Assembly: GCA_951406725.2 (NCBI GenBank)
Contig: OX597817.1
Coordinates: 79,174,001 to 79,238,000, forward strand
Direction of reading: 5' to 3'
From: Octopus vulgaris
Lineage: Eukaryota
Length of the DNA: 64,000 bases
The position numbers and the translations under genes are program-made. Below the pieces are notes generated by a model that was not told the origin of the DNA, did not search any database, and saw only the letters and a list, made by a program, of their open reading frames with translations. Shown one piece after another: positions 39,640 to 53,350 of the stretch; the stretch's first letter is position 1, and every line of letters starts with the position of its first letter.

Positions 39640-40427
39640 GATTCAGTTGAAATAGGTACTTAAGTTGAAGCACCATATCAGTGCGGTATTATCCGTACAC
39701 CTCAAAGTAAGGCGAATAAAAGCAAAATAAGCAACAGGATATCAAGAAGTGATGCTGTACGACCGTTTCAAGCGACTCCATTTAATTGAACAATGCAATA
39801 TTTACATCAAGTTAAATGCAGGACTATCCTCAGCTGCGTAAATAAATATAATTTTTAATCAGTTGGACACATTAATATAATTTTACTCAAATGCTCCAAT
39901 AGAGCAAGAAGACTGAAAGAGTCCATGTTGGCACTAATGTAGCTAAGAATATACTACACTTCTAAGAACTGTATGCGCTTTGTTGGGTGTCATAGCTTGT
40001 AAAGGATTGTGGTTCATTTTTAATTTATTAGTCTTTTTATCAACTACCAAATCTAAGATTCAAGGACTATGTCTGTTTACAATGGAGGGCAGGAGTGAGT
40101 TGACAGCACATAGCTGGGTACGGTCATAAATAATGTCAAGATTAGTATAAAGTAACTGTCTATAAAGGAGGCTGAGTAGGGAAAAACCCAAATCAAGATG
40201 TTAATTACTAGTTAAAGGGGCAAGACGCTAATAAAAGCTATGATGTTAAATTAAAATGAACTACAATCCTTTACAAGCTATGACTCCAACAAACCTCATA
40301 CAGTTCTTAGAAGTGTAGTATATTCTTAGCTACATTAGTGGTAACATGGACTTTTTCAATCTTGCTCTGTTGGAGTATTTGAGAAAAATAATATTAATGT
40401 GTCCAACTGATTAAAAATTCTATTTAT
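39640..40427 (-). mobile_element. Microsatellite-flanked insert with about 180-bp inverted arms (39842-40027, 40247-40427) and degraded HHR (39754-39840)
   Basis: Arms mirror each other (TTCTAAGAACTGTATG / CATACAGTTCTTAGAA). Motif CUGAGGA...CAUUUAA..UUAAAUG...GAAACGGUC with a poor stem I. Confidence 0.7.
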
Positions 40428-41280
40428 ATATATACATATATATTTATTACGTTAATAGTATCGCACGAGTAAATCTGTTTTCAAAAGCAGAAAAAAAATA
40501 AACCTATTGAAAATTTTTTCATGGACAAAAGGAAGTATTTATATGTTTATCAAAAGATGTTACGGGTTTCACTCAATTTTTTAAACACAATTTAGTCATG
40601 CTATAAAAGAAGAGAAAATAAATTGAAACTAACTGAATATTTCATATCAGTAGTGGAAGTTCACGTTTTCGTCACAAAATTCACGTGGTGTTGGGAGTTG
40701 GTTTCCCTGTGATGGTCACTGCGTAGCAGTAGTAGTAGTAACAATTCAAGTAGTGGCTTGTCCTTTGTCATTAAATACTGGCTATTAGTACTCTCTCTGT
40801 CACTTTCTCTCTCTCTCTCTCTCTCACTATCTTTCTGTTTGTACGATCTCTGTTCACCGGCTTTAACTGTGTCAGTGTTTATGATGTATGCCTTAAATAT
40901 ATGCTAAAATTTTAAAAAGATTTTCTGCATAATTGCAATTTACTCCCATCATACAAAATCGCTGCAAAATTTCCTTAGAATATCTGTATTCTTCAGAAAC
41001 TTATTCAACACTCAACCTGCACTTTTTGCGTTAAGTCTTCTGCATCTCTTACTCTCTGTCCCATTTTCTGTATATGATTTAATGCGTAACAGGGAAATCA
41101 ACCAACCAACCAAACAATTTTTCATTCAGTTATTATATTTCTGCTTAGAATCAGTTTGTAAAAAAGATTTTGTCGATCTTTTATCAAAGCTGGAGGATTG
41201 AATAGTAAGTTTAGCACTAGCAATATTCTTGAGTGACCGAACTGGATAAAACATAAAAATCTTTAGCCTGTCTTTGGAAT

Positions 41281-41741
41281 ATTCTTTTCTTTTCTACTTT
41301 AGGCACAAAGCCTGAAATTTTTGGGGAGGGGCCAGTAAATTAGATCGACTCAAATACGCAACTGGTACTTAATTTATCGACCCCGAAAATATAAAAGGCA
41401 AAGTTGACCTCGGTGGAATTTGAGCTCAGGACGTAAAGACGGACGAAATACCACTAAGCATTTCGCCCGGGGTGCTAATGTTCCTTGTTTCTTTATTGCC
41501 CACAAGGGGCTAAACATAGAGGGGACAAACAAGGGGATTAAGTCGATTACATCTACCCCAGTGATTAACTGGTACTTATTTAATCGACTCCGATATGATG
41601 CAAGGCAAAGTCGACCTCGGCGGAATTTGAACTCAGAACGTTACGGCAGACGAAATACCTATTTCTTTACTACCCACAAGAGGCTAAACACAGAGGGGAC
41701 AAACAAGGACAGACAAACGGATTAAGTTGATTCCATCGACC
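41281..41741 (-). mobile_element. SINE family B multimer
   Basis: Matches the other family B copies and has the GAAATAG|GTATTTC junction. Confidence 0.88.
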
Positions 41742-41974
41742 TGCATAAAATAGAAAAGAAGAGGAAAATAGTTTGTATCTTGACGTAAACCCCACTGAAA
41801 CTGTTTGGTCAATACATGAAAATCTTTAGAACTTTCAAATGACTTCAAGCACGAACAAAGTTTATATGTAATTTATGACAAATATAAACAGAATCAACTG
41901 AAGCTACAACTGGAGGAAATTTCATAAATTTATTCTAAGTCTGTTGTAAATCTGAATAAAAGAAATAGTAAGTA

Positions 41975-42469
41975 TTGTATGTGTGTATGAATGTATGTGT
42001 ATATATACGTGTATGTGTATGCATTTGCGTTTGTGTGTGTTTGTGAGAGTGTGTGAGGAACTGTGTGTGTGTGTGTATGTGTAAGTGTTTGTGTGTGTGT
42101 ATGTGTGAATGTGTGCGTATGTGTGTGTGTGTGTTTATGTGTGTGTGTTTGTGTGTGTGTATGTGTGAATGTGTGCGTATGTGTGTGTGTGTGTTTATGT
42201 GTGTGTGTTTGTGTGTGTGTATGTGTAAGTGTTTGTGTGTGTGTGTGTGTGAATGTGTGCGTATGTGTGTGTGTGTTTATGTGTGTGTGTTTGTGTGTGC
42301 GTGTGCATGTCTGTATCTATTTGTGTGTTTTTGTGTGTATGTGTGAGTTTGTGTTTGTGTTTGTGCGTACGTTTGTGTGTGTGCTTGTGTGTGTGTATGT
42401 GTACATATGTGTGTGCTTGTGTGCATATATGTGTGTGAATATGTGTATTTGTTTGTGTGTGTGTTTGTG

Positions 42470-42509
<40 letters not shown>

Positions 42510-42510
42510 C
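41975..42510. repeat. Degenerate (GT)n tract with higher-order periodicity of about 60 bp
   Basis: Repeated GTGAATGTGTGCGTATGTGTGTGTGTG..TTTATG units. Confidence 0.9.
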
Positions 42511-42701
42511 AAGCACGCACACATATATACGCACAGTACCTATATTTGTGGCATTCAGATTAAGAAGAATAGAAATCAATTTCATTGATATTTTTGAAAA
42601 CCTTCATTTTTTCTACAACTGTTTCAATATATGCGTGCGAAGATATATACATATGGCACACACAACTTACACGCATATATACATGTACATACACACACAC
42701 C

Positions 42702-42746
<45 letters not shown>

Positions 42747-42977
42747 GTGTGTGTGTGTGTGTGTGCTCACGATGGTCTTTCTGCACAGATCCTATTTACC
42801 AAATTCCATTAAACAAGGTATTGTAAAATTGAATTCTGTAGTAAACGACAGATTCTCAAGTGAGCCCAAAATTCCAAAACACCTTGCTGCGAAGCGAAAT
42901 TCTCAACCTCCCATCCCCACCTCCACGTATACACGCATAAGCAAATTGACAAATAAGATGTGAGTGCGCGCACACAT

Positions 42978-43015
<38 letters not shown>

Positions 43016-43045
43016 TCATACATGTATATATATATATGCATATAT

Positions 43046-43405
43046 GCGCAGGAGTGGCTGTGTGGTAAGTAGCTTGGGCAAGTGTCTTCTACTATAGCCT
43101 CGGGTCGACCAAAGTCTTGTGAGTGGATTTGGTAGACGGAAACTGAAAGAAGCCCGTCGTATATATGTATATATATATATGCGTGTGCGTGTTTGTGTGT
43201 CTGTGTTTGTCCCCCTAGCATTGCTTAACAACCGATGCTGGTGTGTTTATGTCCCCGTTACCTAGCGGTTCGGCAAATAAGACCGATAGAATAAGTACTG
43301 GGCTTACAAAAGAATAAGTCCCGGGGTCGAGTTGCTCGATTAAAGGCGGTGCTCCAGCATGGCCACAGACAAATGACTGAAACAAATAAAAGAGTAAAAG
43401 AGTAA
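43046..43405 (+). mobile_element. SINE family A (deletion in head)
   Basis: Matches the other family A copies. Confidence 0.9.
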
Positions 43406-44120
43406 AATATATTTATTAATAAATGATATTTTTTCAAGGGATCATTTGCAGCAGGAAATCATTTATTTTTTCAGACCTCCAACGTCGAAGAAACAGATAC
43501 AACCTAAATACCCTTCACTATAAAATCAAGATGGATCATTTTCTGAAATGTCTTTCGAATCTTTTATCTATTTTATATTTTCTTTACTTCTTTTTGTTTT
43601 TATTATAATTGATTTGTGCTTTTGTCCCCCACCCCACCCGGTGCATTACTTCGTTTCAGTAACTAAGCAGGTAAATTGTTAAAATTGTATGAAATCTTAC
43701 GTTATACATGGAATTGTATACTAATGCCTACGCACTAATTTGCAATGACTGAAAAAAAAAAAAGATAATTACTTCTGGAGAAAAGAAAAAGATTTTTAAA
43801 ATTAGAGAAAGATAGAGAATTTGAAAATCACTAACAGCATATGTGCATACATAGACAAACACACACACACACACACACACATACACCCACACATAAGTGT
43901 GTGTAAGTGTGAGTGTGTGTTTGTGTCTCTCTCTATACATATACATATATCTGTTTGTGCGTGTGTGTTATGGATGTATGTACCAAGGTATGTACATTTG
44001 TATGTGTGTGTGTATTGGTCTATGGCTAAATGTGTGCATACATATTTATGCCAGATGAATGCATTTATGTGTGCATATTCGTAGCCATATTTACACAATC
44101 TATACATATATATTTATAAC

Positions 44121-44178
<58 letters not shown>

Positions 44179-44191
44179 TTGTAAAGGAATA

Positions 44192-44256
<65 letters not shown>

Positions 44257-44759
44257 CTGTGTGTGTTATATCTATTAATACACAGACACACACAGAAGAC
44301 GCATACACTCGTACACGTATAATTGTATAAATCCTTATTTCAAAAATACAATTTTAAAAGAACCAGTTCAGGGTTACAATATATAAATAAATAATAAAAC
44401 AGTATGAATGCATGATTCTTCCAATGATTATCATCACAATTAACAATAACAACACCAACAATAACAATAATACGCGTCTCTAAGCAATACAAGCTCCAAG
44501 GAATCAAACAACAAAAAAAAAGAGAACAAGACCGGTTATTGTCTCTGTGCGCGCTTCTGGGTATAAGGAGGCAATAGAAGAATTGAAGAAATCTAAGGAA
44601 TATTTTTGAAAATCATGCTGTGTCTTTAATGGAATCATTGCAAATATTTAATGTCTGAGATCAGAGTAATTTATTTAAATTGTGCAAAAGTGACTTTCAT
44701 TAACGAAAAAAAAACGACTCTTTGGAAAGAAACATTATCGTTGTCATCGTCATCGTCGT

Positions 44760-44796
<37 letters not shown>

Positions 44797-44893
44797 TGCG
44801 TCATTACAACTACCACCTTCACTACCACCACCGCCATCATCATCGTTATCATCATCATCATCGTCGTCGTCATCATCATCATCATAGTATTGC

Positions 44894-44958
<65 letters not shown>

Positions 44959-44971
44959 TAATAATAATACT

Positions 44972-45235
44972 AACAGAGTCAAAATTTAAAAAAGAGTGCC
45001 ATTTTCATCTAGTGAACGATATTTCGACATCTTGTGTGTCTTCAACTGGTTCAAAAAATAAATTTGTCAATCTACTTCATTTTGGTTAATATATAAAGGA
45101 TTGAAGTAACTTCTGAAGATATAGAGTCAAAATTAAATGATGCCGAAATATCGTTCACTAGATAACAATGGCACTTTTCTTTTAATCTAGACTCTATTTC
45201 TTCAGGAGGAGTTACCTCAAACCATTCATAATATT
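44972..45235. repeat. Complex fold-back insert in (TAA)n
   Basis: GTGCCATT..ATCTAGTGAACGATATTTCG.CATC (about 44975-45030) is inverted at 45141-45195; TTGAAGTAACTTCTGAAGATATAGAGTC is inverted at about 45190-45220. Confidence 0.8.
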
Positions 45236-45303
<68 letters not shown>

Positions 45304-45306
<3 letters not shown>

Positions 45307-45630
45307 CTGTTGTCATAGGTGCCCTGGGAATGATAGCGAAAGGGACTGATTGCTACCTAGCTCAGATACCAGGAAACCCCAAAATGGCAGAAATTCAAAA
45401 GATAGTGCTCATGGGAACTGCTCATATCCTACGCAGAATACTCTCTATGTAATCCCAAGGTTTAAAACAAACTTTTTTTTTTTAAAATTTTATTATGTAT
45501 TAGACATTCACTAGTACAAAAAAAAAACCCCCAAAATATATGGCTCAGAACTTCCAACCTGTTGTCTCTTGAGGTCTCTGGGTGAGACTTGGAGCCAACT
45601 TGTACAGATATAAATCAAAAGTCAAACATA

Positions 45631-45632
<2 letters not shown>
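45304..45632 (+). mobile_element. R4/Dong-clade 3' end in (TAA)n
   Basis: IPVVIGALGMIAKGTDCYLAQIPGNPKMAEIQKIVLMGTAHILRRILSM*, with a 3' UTR homologous to 17565-17700. (TAA)n on both sides. Confidence 0.88.
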
Positions 45633-45709
<77 letters not shown>

Positions 45710-45804
45710 AATAATAATAATAATGAATATAATACTTTATTGACCACAAGGTCTGAAATAGTAATTATAATACTATAATTATAAGTTGGATAACTATAAC
45801 AATA

Positions 45805-45950
45805 GGCAAGTTTGGAATAGTAAAAAGAACGTGGAGAAAATGCTGAATGAATGTATGAAACATTGGAATACTGAATTGATCGGAGGAAAACAAAAACTCG
45901 AAAAAGTGAACATCAGACGTGGAATATTCGAAGGTGATAGCTTATCTCCA
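45805..45950 (+). mobile_element. R4/Dong-type RT fragment
   Basis: MKHWNTELIGGKQKLEKVNIRRGIFEGDSLSP matches the RGIFQGDSLSP RT motif. Confidence 0.8.
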
Positions 45951-46049
45951 GTTGCATACTGGGGTCGATGTAATTCCTCTGTCTGTTCTTGTTTGTTCCC
46001 TCTATGTTTAGCCCCTTGTGGGCAATAAAGAAATAGATATATTGTAAAA

Positions 46050-46830
46050 TATATTGGGCTCTCAGATAAATTCGTTCGTTTCTTTCCTGTGTTATTTAGA
46101 TGAACAGGAAAAATATTTTTATCGAAGTATTTTATTTTTTATTTTTCATTTTTTTTTCTTTGTAGTTCTATACTCCCTCTGCAACTTTTGTTTTGAAATT
46201 TCGGTTTTGAAATTTGAATAAAATTTACTTGTCTTCAGACACATAGTGATGGAGTGCCAAGTAGATAAAATTGAGCATTTTTGACACCTGCTTTACTTCA
46301 CTTCAATCAAAACTCCATCGATGCCAAAGCCGCTCGAGACATTTGTTCTGTGTATAGAGAATAGGATATCACCTAAAGTGTTGTTCAAGGGGTTCTTCGC
46401 ACTTCAATGACGAGAAATTTGATGTCACAAGCTCTCCATGTTCGAACCGATCAGTTCAGTTCAATGACGGTCGATAAAACGAGCTGAGCTGCAATTATCC
46501 GCACCAATCCGCTCAGTAGTTGAGATCCTCTCACGATAATGTCATTCGTTACTTTTACCCGATAGATAAGGTCCAAAAAACACGAAATGGTGACTCTGTG
46601 TTCTTCATCAAAACGACAACGCTTGCACCTACGTCATTATGTTGATCAGAAATGCTTTTCAAGAGCTCTGTTGAGAAGTTCTAACGCACCCACCATAATC
46701 TTCCTTCAGATTATTATCTTTTGGGTCACTCTCCAACAGCCTACAATAGGTTTCCTTCAGCAACGACATGAAGTTGAAATCTTGGCTTGATTAATTCTTC
46801 GAGTCAGGACCAAACAATATCGGAAAATAT
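46050..46830 (+). mobile_element. Decayed, internally deleted mariner element
   Basis: MECQVDKIEHF*HLL..FNQ..AKAARDICSVY (mariner HTH), then LTHPP*S..SDYY..SLSNSL...LKSWLD*FFES. Confidence 0.8.
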
Positions 46831-47061
46831 GATATATATATATCTTGAAATATGATCTACAAACAATAATTATCCTTTATCTTTTATCAATTTTCTTTAG
46901 CAACTTTCTATTCTTTCTCAAATTTCTTGGTACTTATACAAAATCAGGAAATGAGTATTAATTTTCAACGAAAATATATTTATTACCTTAAAATAAAATA
47001 AATAAAATACTTTAAAATAAAATAAATTAAATTAAGCAAATTTTGTATTTGTATATTTACA

Positions 47062-47245
47062 AGGCGTGGCTATGTAGTAAGGAGTTTGTTTCCCAAACTA
47101 AATGGTTCTGGCTTCAGTCCCACTGCGTAGCACCATGGGCAAGTGTCTTCTACTATAGGCTCGGGCCGACCAAAGCTTTGTGAGTGGATATGGTAGACGA
47201 AGACTGAAAGGAGCCCGTCGCATGTATATATATGTGTATATATGT

Positions 47246-47294
<49 letters not shown>

Positions 47295-47530
47295 TATATG
47301 TGTGTGTGTGTGTATGTATGCATTTGTGTGTGTGCGTGTTCGACCCCTCCATCGCTTGACAACCGATGTTGGTGTGTTGACGTCACCGTAACTTAGTGGT
47401 TCGGCAAAAGAGACCGACAGAATAAGTACTAGGCTTACAAAGAATAAATTCTGTGGTCGATTTGTTCGACTAAAAACAGTGCACCAGCATGGCTGCAGTC
47501 AAATGACTGAAATAAGTAAAATAATAAAAG
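47062..47530 (+). mobile_element. SINE family A
   Basis: Matches the other family A copies. Confidence 0.88.
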
Positions 47531-48119
47531 CCTAACCACCATCAGATATCAAATCATTACAAAATTTCATTAAAATATGTGGGTTTTTCAGAAAGTCAAG
47601 AATGCATCCTCTACTGCTTCGGTTAAGTACTTCTGCATCTTTTACTCCCTTTCCCCGCTCTCTCTATACGATATAAAGCGTGACTGGAGAAAAAACCTAC
47701 CAACCAACATTTATATCGGCTGATAAACCGATTACACTCAGTGCAAAATTATTGTTGTTGTAGTAGTAGTAGTAGTAGTAGTAGTTGGAGGAGGAGGAGA
47801 ACTTGTTGCTGTTGCTATTGTTTGTTGATATTGCAGTTGGTGCTGTCTTCTTCCAATCAGGACTCACGCCATTAGCCACAAAAAATAATCTCTAATTCGA
47901 GCCTACTCTAAGCTACTAAGAATGCGTGCGGCACCTTGAAGATCTACCCACCACACGTGATAGACTGGTGGTTGCACAGGCGCGAAAGCTACGTTGTTAT
48001 CCTAATTCCGTAAACGGTGGTTTTTTAACGGGTGGCGAGCTGAACCATCTTGGGGTACAGAGGATTCGCAATCTAGACTAGGGTCTGAAAGTTTACCACA
48101 CCATAGTGGGTTACACCTT

Positions 48120-48331
48120 GGTTCCTCTGCTTTGTGGCAGAAGATGGAAGAAAGTGTGAGAGAAAGTTGTGGTGAAAGAGTACAGCGAGTTTCACACATA
48201 CCCCCCGCCGGAGCCTCCCGGAGCTTATGTGTTTTTGCTCAATAAACACTCACAATGCTCGGTCTGGGAATCGAAACCGCGTTCTTACGACCGCGAGTTC
48301 GCTGCCCTAACCACTGGGCCACTGCGCCTCC
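48120..48331 (-). mobile_element. tRNA-derived SINE of a further family
   Basis: Head GGAGGCGCAGTGGCCCAGTGGTTAGGG...GGTTTCGATTCCCAGACC with no tRNA 3' acceptor strand, followed by a unique body. Confidence 0.7.
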
Positions 48332-49262
48332 GCTGCTGCTATTGCAGTTTGTCTCTTGTTGACCCTGAAAATGCATAGCATTCATCGAAACCGGAGTTAT
48401 GCCTCATATATAGTGCACTAGGACTATATTATCCAGTGTGCCCGTGCTGCTTTGAGTCAGTTCAGTTGCAATTTCAAGATGATTGTTCCTAGCAGTTCAA
48501 TAGTGTTTTTGTTCTGTAAACCCAGATTAGCCATAGCCAAGCGAACCATTGACTGAAGGTCTTCCAGCCACGATTGTCCAATTTTATTATCGAATATAGC
48601 ATATTTAGGGCACATTATAAAATGTGTTCTTTCTTTTGTAAGAAGACCGGGCCTGATTTGAAGGACATTCGGCTGTTATTTCAGGCAGAATATGCAACCA
48701 CGTAGAGGTCCCCTGCTAGCTGGAAAGCAACCTATTTTATTGTAAAGGTATACTATTTGGAAATGTAGTGCTTAAAAACATCTGATCTTTTAGTTTATCG
48801 TAAGGGATTTGAAAGTCTATTAAGTAAATTGAAGGACTATGTATAAAATTACCTTGGTTAGCTCACGTAAAATGATGCATTTGACTTTAGGGGAAGTGTT
48901 AACTACTTTTAGATACTTTGTTACATTTAATATCTTGATAGATCTTAAATAAAGATTGATGAACGAGATTATCTTAACATGAGTGAAAAATAAGATAATT
49001 AAAATTTGATATGGATGCATATTAGATTGTGTTGAAACTAAATAATTTCTATGTAATCTCAAGTTCTTTTGCCTCATTATTGGTATATGCATGTTACTAA
49101 ATATCTTTCTAGTACTGATTACTGCAGTTTTTAATTAAGAAAATTCTCAGTTTTTTTTCGAAAGAAGATTGGTCTCGAAGCTTCAAACTACAATGATGTC
49201 TAGTATGGATCCTAAACTACGAATCAGACAGAAGCATCCGCCGAACTTTGTGATACAGTATA

Positions 49263-50159
49263 CAGGGTGTTCCAGAAGTCTTGGGCACATTCTGACATTG
49301 GATATCTCGAAAACTATTAAGGACATAAAGACGCATCTGATATATTCTGAAAGCCTGCAATTTCAAGTTTCTTTTATGGAATGTTCAAGGATGTTCAATG
49401 TGGGCATCGTTGGTCACACGGCACACATCAAGCCGATTGTCCAATACTTGCCAAACGCGTTCCAGTATCGCGTTGTCGATGGTTGCAACAGCTTCCGTTA
49501 TTCGGGCCTTCAGTTCATCCACGTCTTTTGGAAGGGGAGGCACATAGACCAGTCCTTTCATAAACGCCCACAAAAAGAAATCGCAGGGTTTGAGATTTGG
49601 AGACCTGGGAGGCCAGGGCATGAGAATGCGATCATCTCGCCCAGACTGTCCAATCCATCTGTCTGGCAGTGCTGTCAGATACTGTCTAACCTTGAGACTC
49701 CAGTGCGGTGACGCCCCATCCTGTTGGAAAATGAAGTCCCTACTGGCTCTTCTGATCGACTTATGGGGGCTCTGCTCAAAGGCAATTCGAACTCACTCAA
49801 CCTTATCATCTGAAGTTGAGGGGCGTCCCGTTCTCTTCGCCTGGCACAAACGCCCATCCTTCATGAATTTACCATGCCATCACAATTTGGACTTCGTTTC
49901 TGGTGCCTCTTTTCGGAATTTTGTACGAAATGCACGTTGAACAAGTATCCATAATTCAGTTTTTGCAAATTCAAGGACGCAACGCCTTTTCTGGTTGAGT
50001 GAACGCCATTACTGGATCTGAAAAAATATGAAAACATCATTAGAATTACAAAACAAGTTTGAATTTAGCTTTAAAATGGTATCAGTTTCATCTTGCTACC
50101 AATCATAGTTCAGCAGATATGAGGACTTGAAATGTGCCCAAGACTTCTGGAACACCCTG
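49263..50159 (-). mobile_element. Tc1/mariner-superfamily transposon (WPPRSP..PCDFFLW type), internally deleted
   Basis: Perfect TIRs CAGGGTGTTCCAGAAGTCTTGGGCACATT with TA TSD. N-terminal VQRAFRTKF..KRTGRPS..SPHKSIRRAS is fused to FQQDGASPH and WPPRSPNLKPCDFFLW. Confidence 0.95.
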
Positions 50160-51255
50160 TATTTCGTCATGTCCTTTCTCACATAGAGGGCTGAGATGTC
50201 ATAGATGACCTAGGTGGAATTTGAATTCAGATTCACGCTCTACCATTTCTGCCAAATTTCTGCTCTTAATCTCACAACATTGTTGTATAAAATTTACAAA
50301 GCGACGTGCTGGCAGAATTGTTATCAAGCCGGATAAAATGCTTAACTGTATTTCTTTCAGCTTTAAGTTCTGAGATCAAATTCTGCTGATGTCCACTATG
50401 CTTTTCATCCATTCGACATCGATAAAATAAATACCAGTTGAGCACTGGAATCGATGTAATCAACTAGACCCTCCCGTAAAATTTGAAGCTTTGTGCCTTT
50501 AGCAGAAATGATTATTACATAAATATTACAACGTAACAACTTGATGTTGATTCCAACTTGGATAATAAACTCCTAATCTGGTATTTGAAAAGGTGATCTT
50601 TGATTTAAAGCAAGATAACGGAACAGATAAGTATATAGTTCTTGGCTTCTTAATCTTGAATTCAAATTAATTGCAGTTACTTCACTTTCTTTCTAGACAA
50701 TAAAAATCTTATTTTACATGCTTTACTTCCTTTAGGTTATGTGAATGTTTGACGTACTCTGTTGCTTGACTTAACATCACCGATTGGCCTTAAGATGCAT
50801 TTAACAAAGTCCGTACTGAAGATAGCATCCTAACTGATTCCAAACAATTATGGAACATGCGAAAACGGCTTGGGTACTACCATCCTTCTACTGGCTAAGA
50901 CAAAACAAAAAATAGTTAAAATATAAAAAGCCAGCGCAGAAACAAGTAATGAGTGATTTGCAGTTATGACGTATCATTGCAGAAACGTTCAGAGTGAAAT
51001 CTATACTTCATCGTTTTAAGATATTGGTTTCAAATTTTGGTAGAGATTACATCAACCCCAATTTTCAACTAGTATTATTTTATCGACTTCGAAAGAATGA
51101 AAGGAAAATTCGAGCTCGGTGGAATTTGAACTCAGAACGTAAATACAGACGAAATGCTGCAAAGCTTGTTGTCTGACGGGCAAACGTTTCTGCCAGGTCA
51201 CTTTCAGATAAACATATTAAAAACAAGATTAAACACCAATAGAATACTTGTAATT

Positions 51256-51509
51256 CACTCTTTACTCTTTTACTTGCTTCTGTCATTTGACTGTGGCCAT
51301 GCTGGAGCACCGCCTTTAGTCGAGCAAATCGACCCCAGAACCTATTATTTGTAAGCGTAGTATTTATTCTATCGTTCTCTTTTGCCGAACCGCTAAGTAA
51401 CGGGTACATAAACAACACCAGCATCAGTTGTCAAGCGATGTTGAGGGGACAAACACAGACACACAAACATACATACATACATACATACATACATACATAC
51501 ATACATACA

Positions 51510-51545
<36 letters not shown>

Positions 51546-51921
51546 GGCGCAGGAGTGGCTGTGTGGTAAGTAGCATGCTTACCAACCACACGGTTCTGGG
51601 TTCAGTCCCACTACATGGCACCTTGGGCAAGTGTCTTCTACTATAGCCTCGGGCCGACCAAAGTCTTGTGAGTGGATTTGGTAGACGGAAACTGAAAGAA
51701 GCCCGTCGTATATATGTATATATATATGTGCGTGTGTTTGTGTGTCTGTGTTTGTCCCCCTAGCTTTGCTTGACAACCGATGGTGGTGTGTTTATGTCCC
51801 CGTCACTTAGCGGTTTGGCAAAAGAGACCGATAGAATAAGTACTGGGCTTACAAAGAATAAGTCCCGGGATTGAGTTGCTCCAGCATGGTCGCAATCAAA
51901 TGACTGAAACAAGTAAAATAG

Positions 51922-51960
<39 letters not shown>

Positions 51961-52134
51961 CTGTATGTATACGACGGACTTCTTTCAGTTTCCGTCTACC
52001 AAATCCACTCACAAGGATTTGGTCGGCCCGAGGCTATAGTAAAAAGCACTTGCCCAAGATGCCACGCAGTGGGGCTAAACCCGGAACCATGTAGTTCGTA
52101 AGCAAGCTACTTACCACACAGCCACTCCTACGCC
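51256..52134 (-). mobile_element. SINE A host copy with a second, opposite-strand SINE A (51545-51918) inside its microsatellite
   Basis: Minus-strand 3' half at 51256-51470 and 5' half at 51970-52134 flank a near-complete plus-strand copy. Confidence 0.88.
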
Positions 52135-52271
52135 AATATTCAAGGAACATTCTGTTACAACATTTTGGTATGATTTCCTTATATGAAATCTAAAAACATT
52201 TAATATTTGTATTTTTAGTTTTGATTAAAATTCTATGAGTTTTTCATTTATCTAATAGTCTTTATTAGCAA

Positions 52272-52490
52272 GGCGGCGAGCTGGCAGAAACTTTAGCACG
52301 CCGGGTGAAATGCTTAGCGTTATTTCGTCTGTGTTAACGTACTGAGTTCAAATTCCGCCGAGGTCGACTTTGCCTATTATCTTTTCGTGGTCGATAAATT
52401 AAGTACCAGTTGTGCATTGAGATCGATCTAATCGACTGGCCCCTTCCCCCAAAATTTCGGGACTTGTGCCTAGAAAAGAAAAGAATATTC
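52272..52490 (+). mobile_element. SINE family B, short-tail form
   Basis: Matches the other family B copies. Confidence 0.88.
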
Positions 52491-52494
52491 CTTA

Positions 52495-53005
52495 CTAGCA
52501 GCATAGCCCGGCATTGCCCGGTATGTAAGAGCCCCTGGAGTAGACATGATGCTCGCTGTGAATTTTTAAAAAATTCCTGCCAATTTATGAAAGATATTGT
52601 CGAAAATATGTCATCTTGAATTTGAACGCGATTTCCCAAAATGGCATGAATTTATCGATTTTTTCTGATGGTAAGGTATTGCATGGAAAACTAACGTCAG
52701 AATTAAGTTTCTTAGGGTAACATTAAGCTTCACCATGAGTTTGGTGAAAATCGATTGCAAGTTGCGAAAACTACAACAGAAAATGTGTTGCAAATAAAAA
52801 GCTTAGATTCTCAACCCCATGTCGAATTTATCGATTTTTTTCAGAACTGGGGAACTTTTCAAAATTTTCACTGCCTTAGTTTTGAATTATGACATTGGGA
52901 TATGTTTGTGTCAAGTTTCATCAGAATCGGTTGAAAGCCGTGGTCAGGGTGAGAGTACAACCTGACAGACACACAGACAGACAAACTGCCGTTTATATAT
53001 AGAGA
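52495..53005 (-). mobile_element. Non-autonomous Helitron
   Basis: Minus strand: A|TCTCTATATATAAACGG...(GTCT)n, 3' hairpin CCGGGC aat GCCGGG, then CTAG|T. Confidence 0.88.
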
Positions 53006-53054
53006 TTAGTGAAGACGTAGTTAGGATATTATATAATATCCTAACCACTAAGCT

Positions 53055-53350
53055 TGGCTAAGTGGTTAGGATATTTGGCTCACGATCGTAAGGTCATGAG
53101 TTCGAATTCCAGCAGCGTGTTGTGCTTTTGAGCAAGACAATTTATTTCACGTTGCTTCAGTCCATTCACCTGTCAAAAATGAGCTGTCCCTGTAATTCAA
53201 TGGACCAGCCTTGTAACGTTCTGTTCTACATTAAGGGTACGCGTTGTCTGTGGAATGCTCAGCCACTTGCATGGTAATTTCACGAGGAGGCTGTTCCGTT
53301 GATCGGATCGACTGGAACCCTCGTCGTCGTAACGGATGGAGTACCAGTTG
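53055..53350 (+). mobile_element. SINE family C
   Basis: Homologous to 37540-37847. Confidence 0.85.

Noticed and set aside
50810-50882. CUGAAGA-ua-GCAU...AUGC-GAAA...GUA
   Set aside because: Stem III does not pair and stem I is out of register; could be chance.
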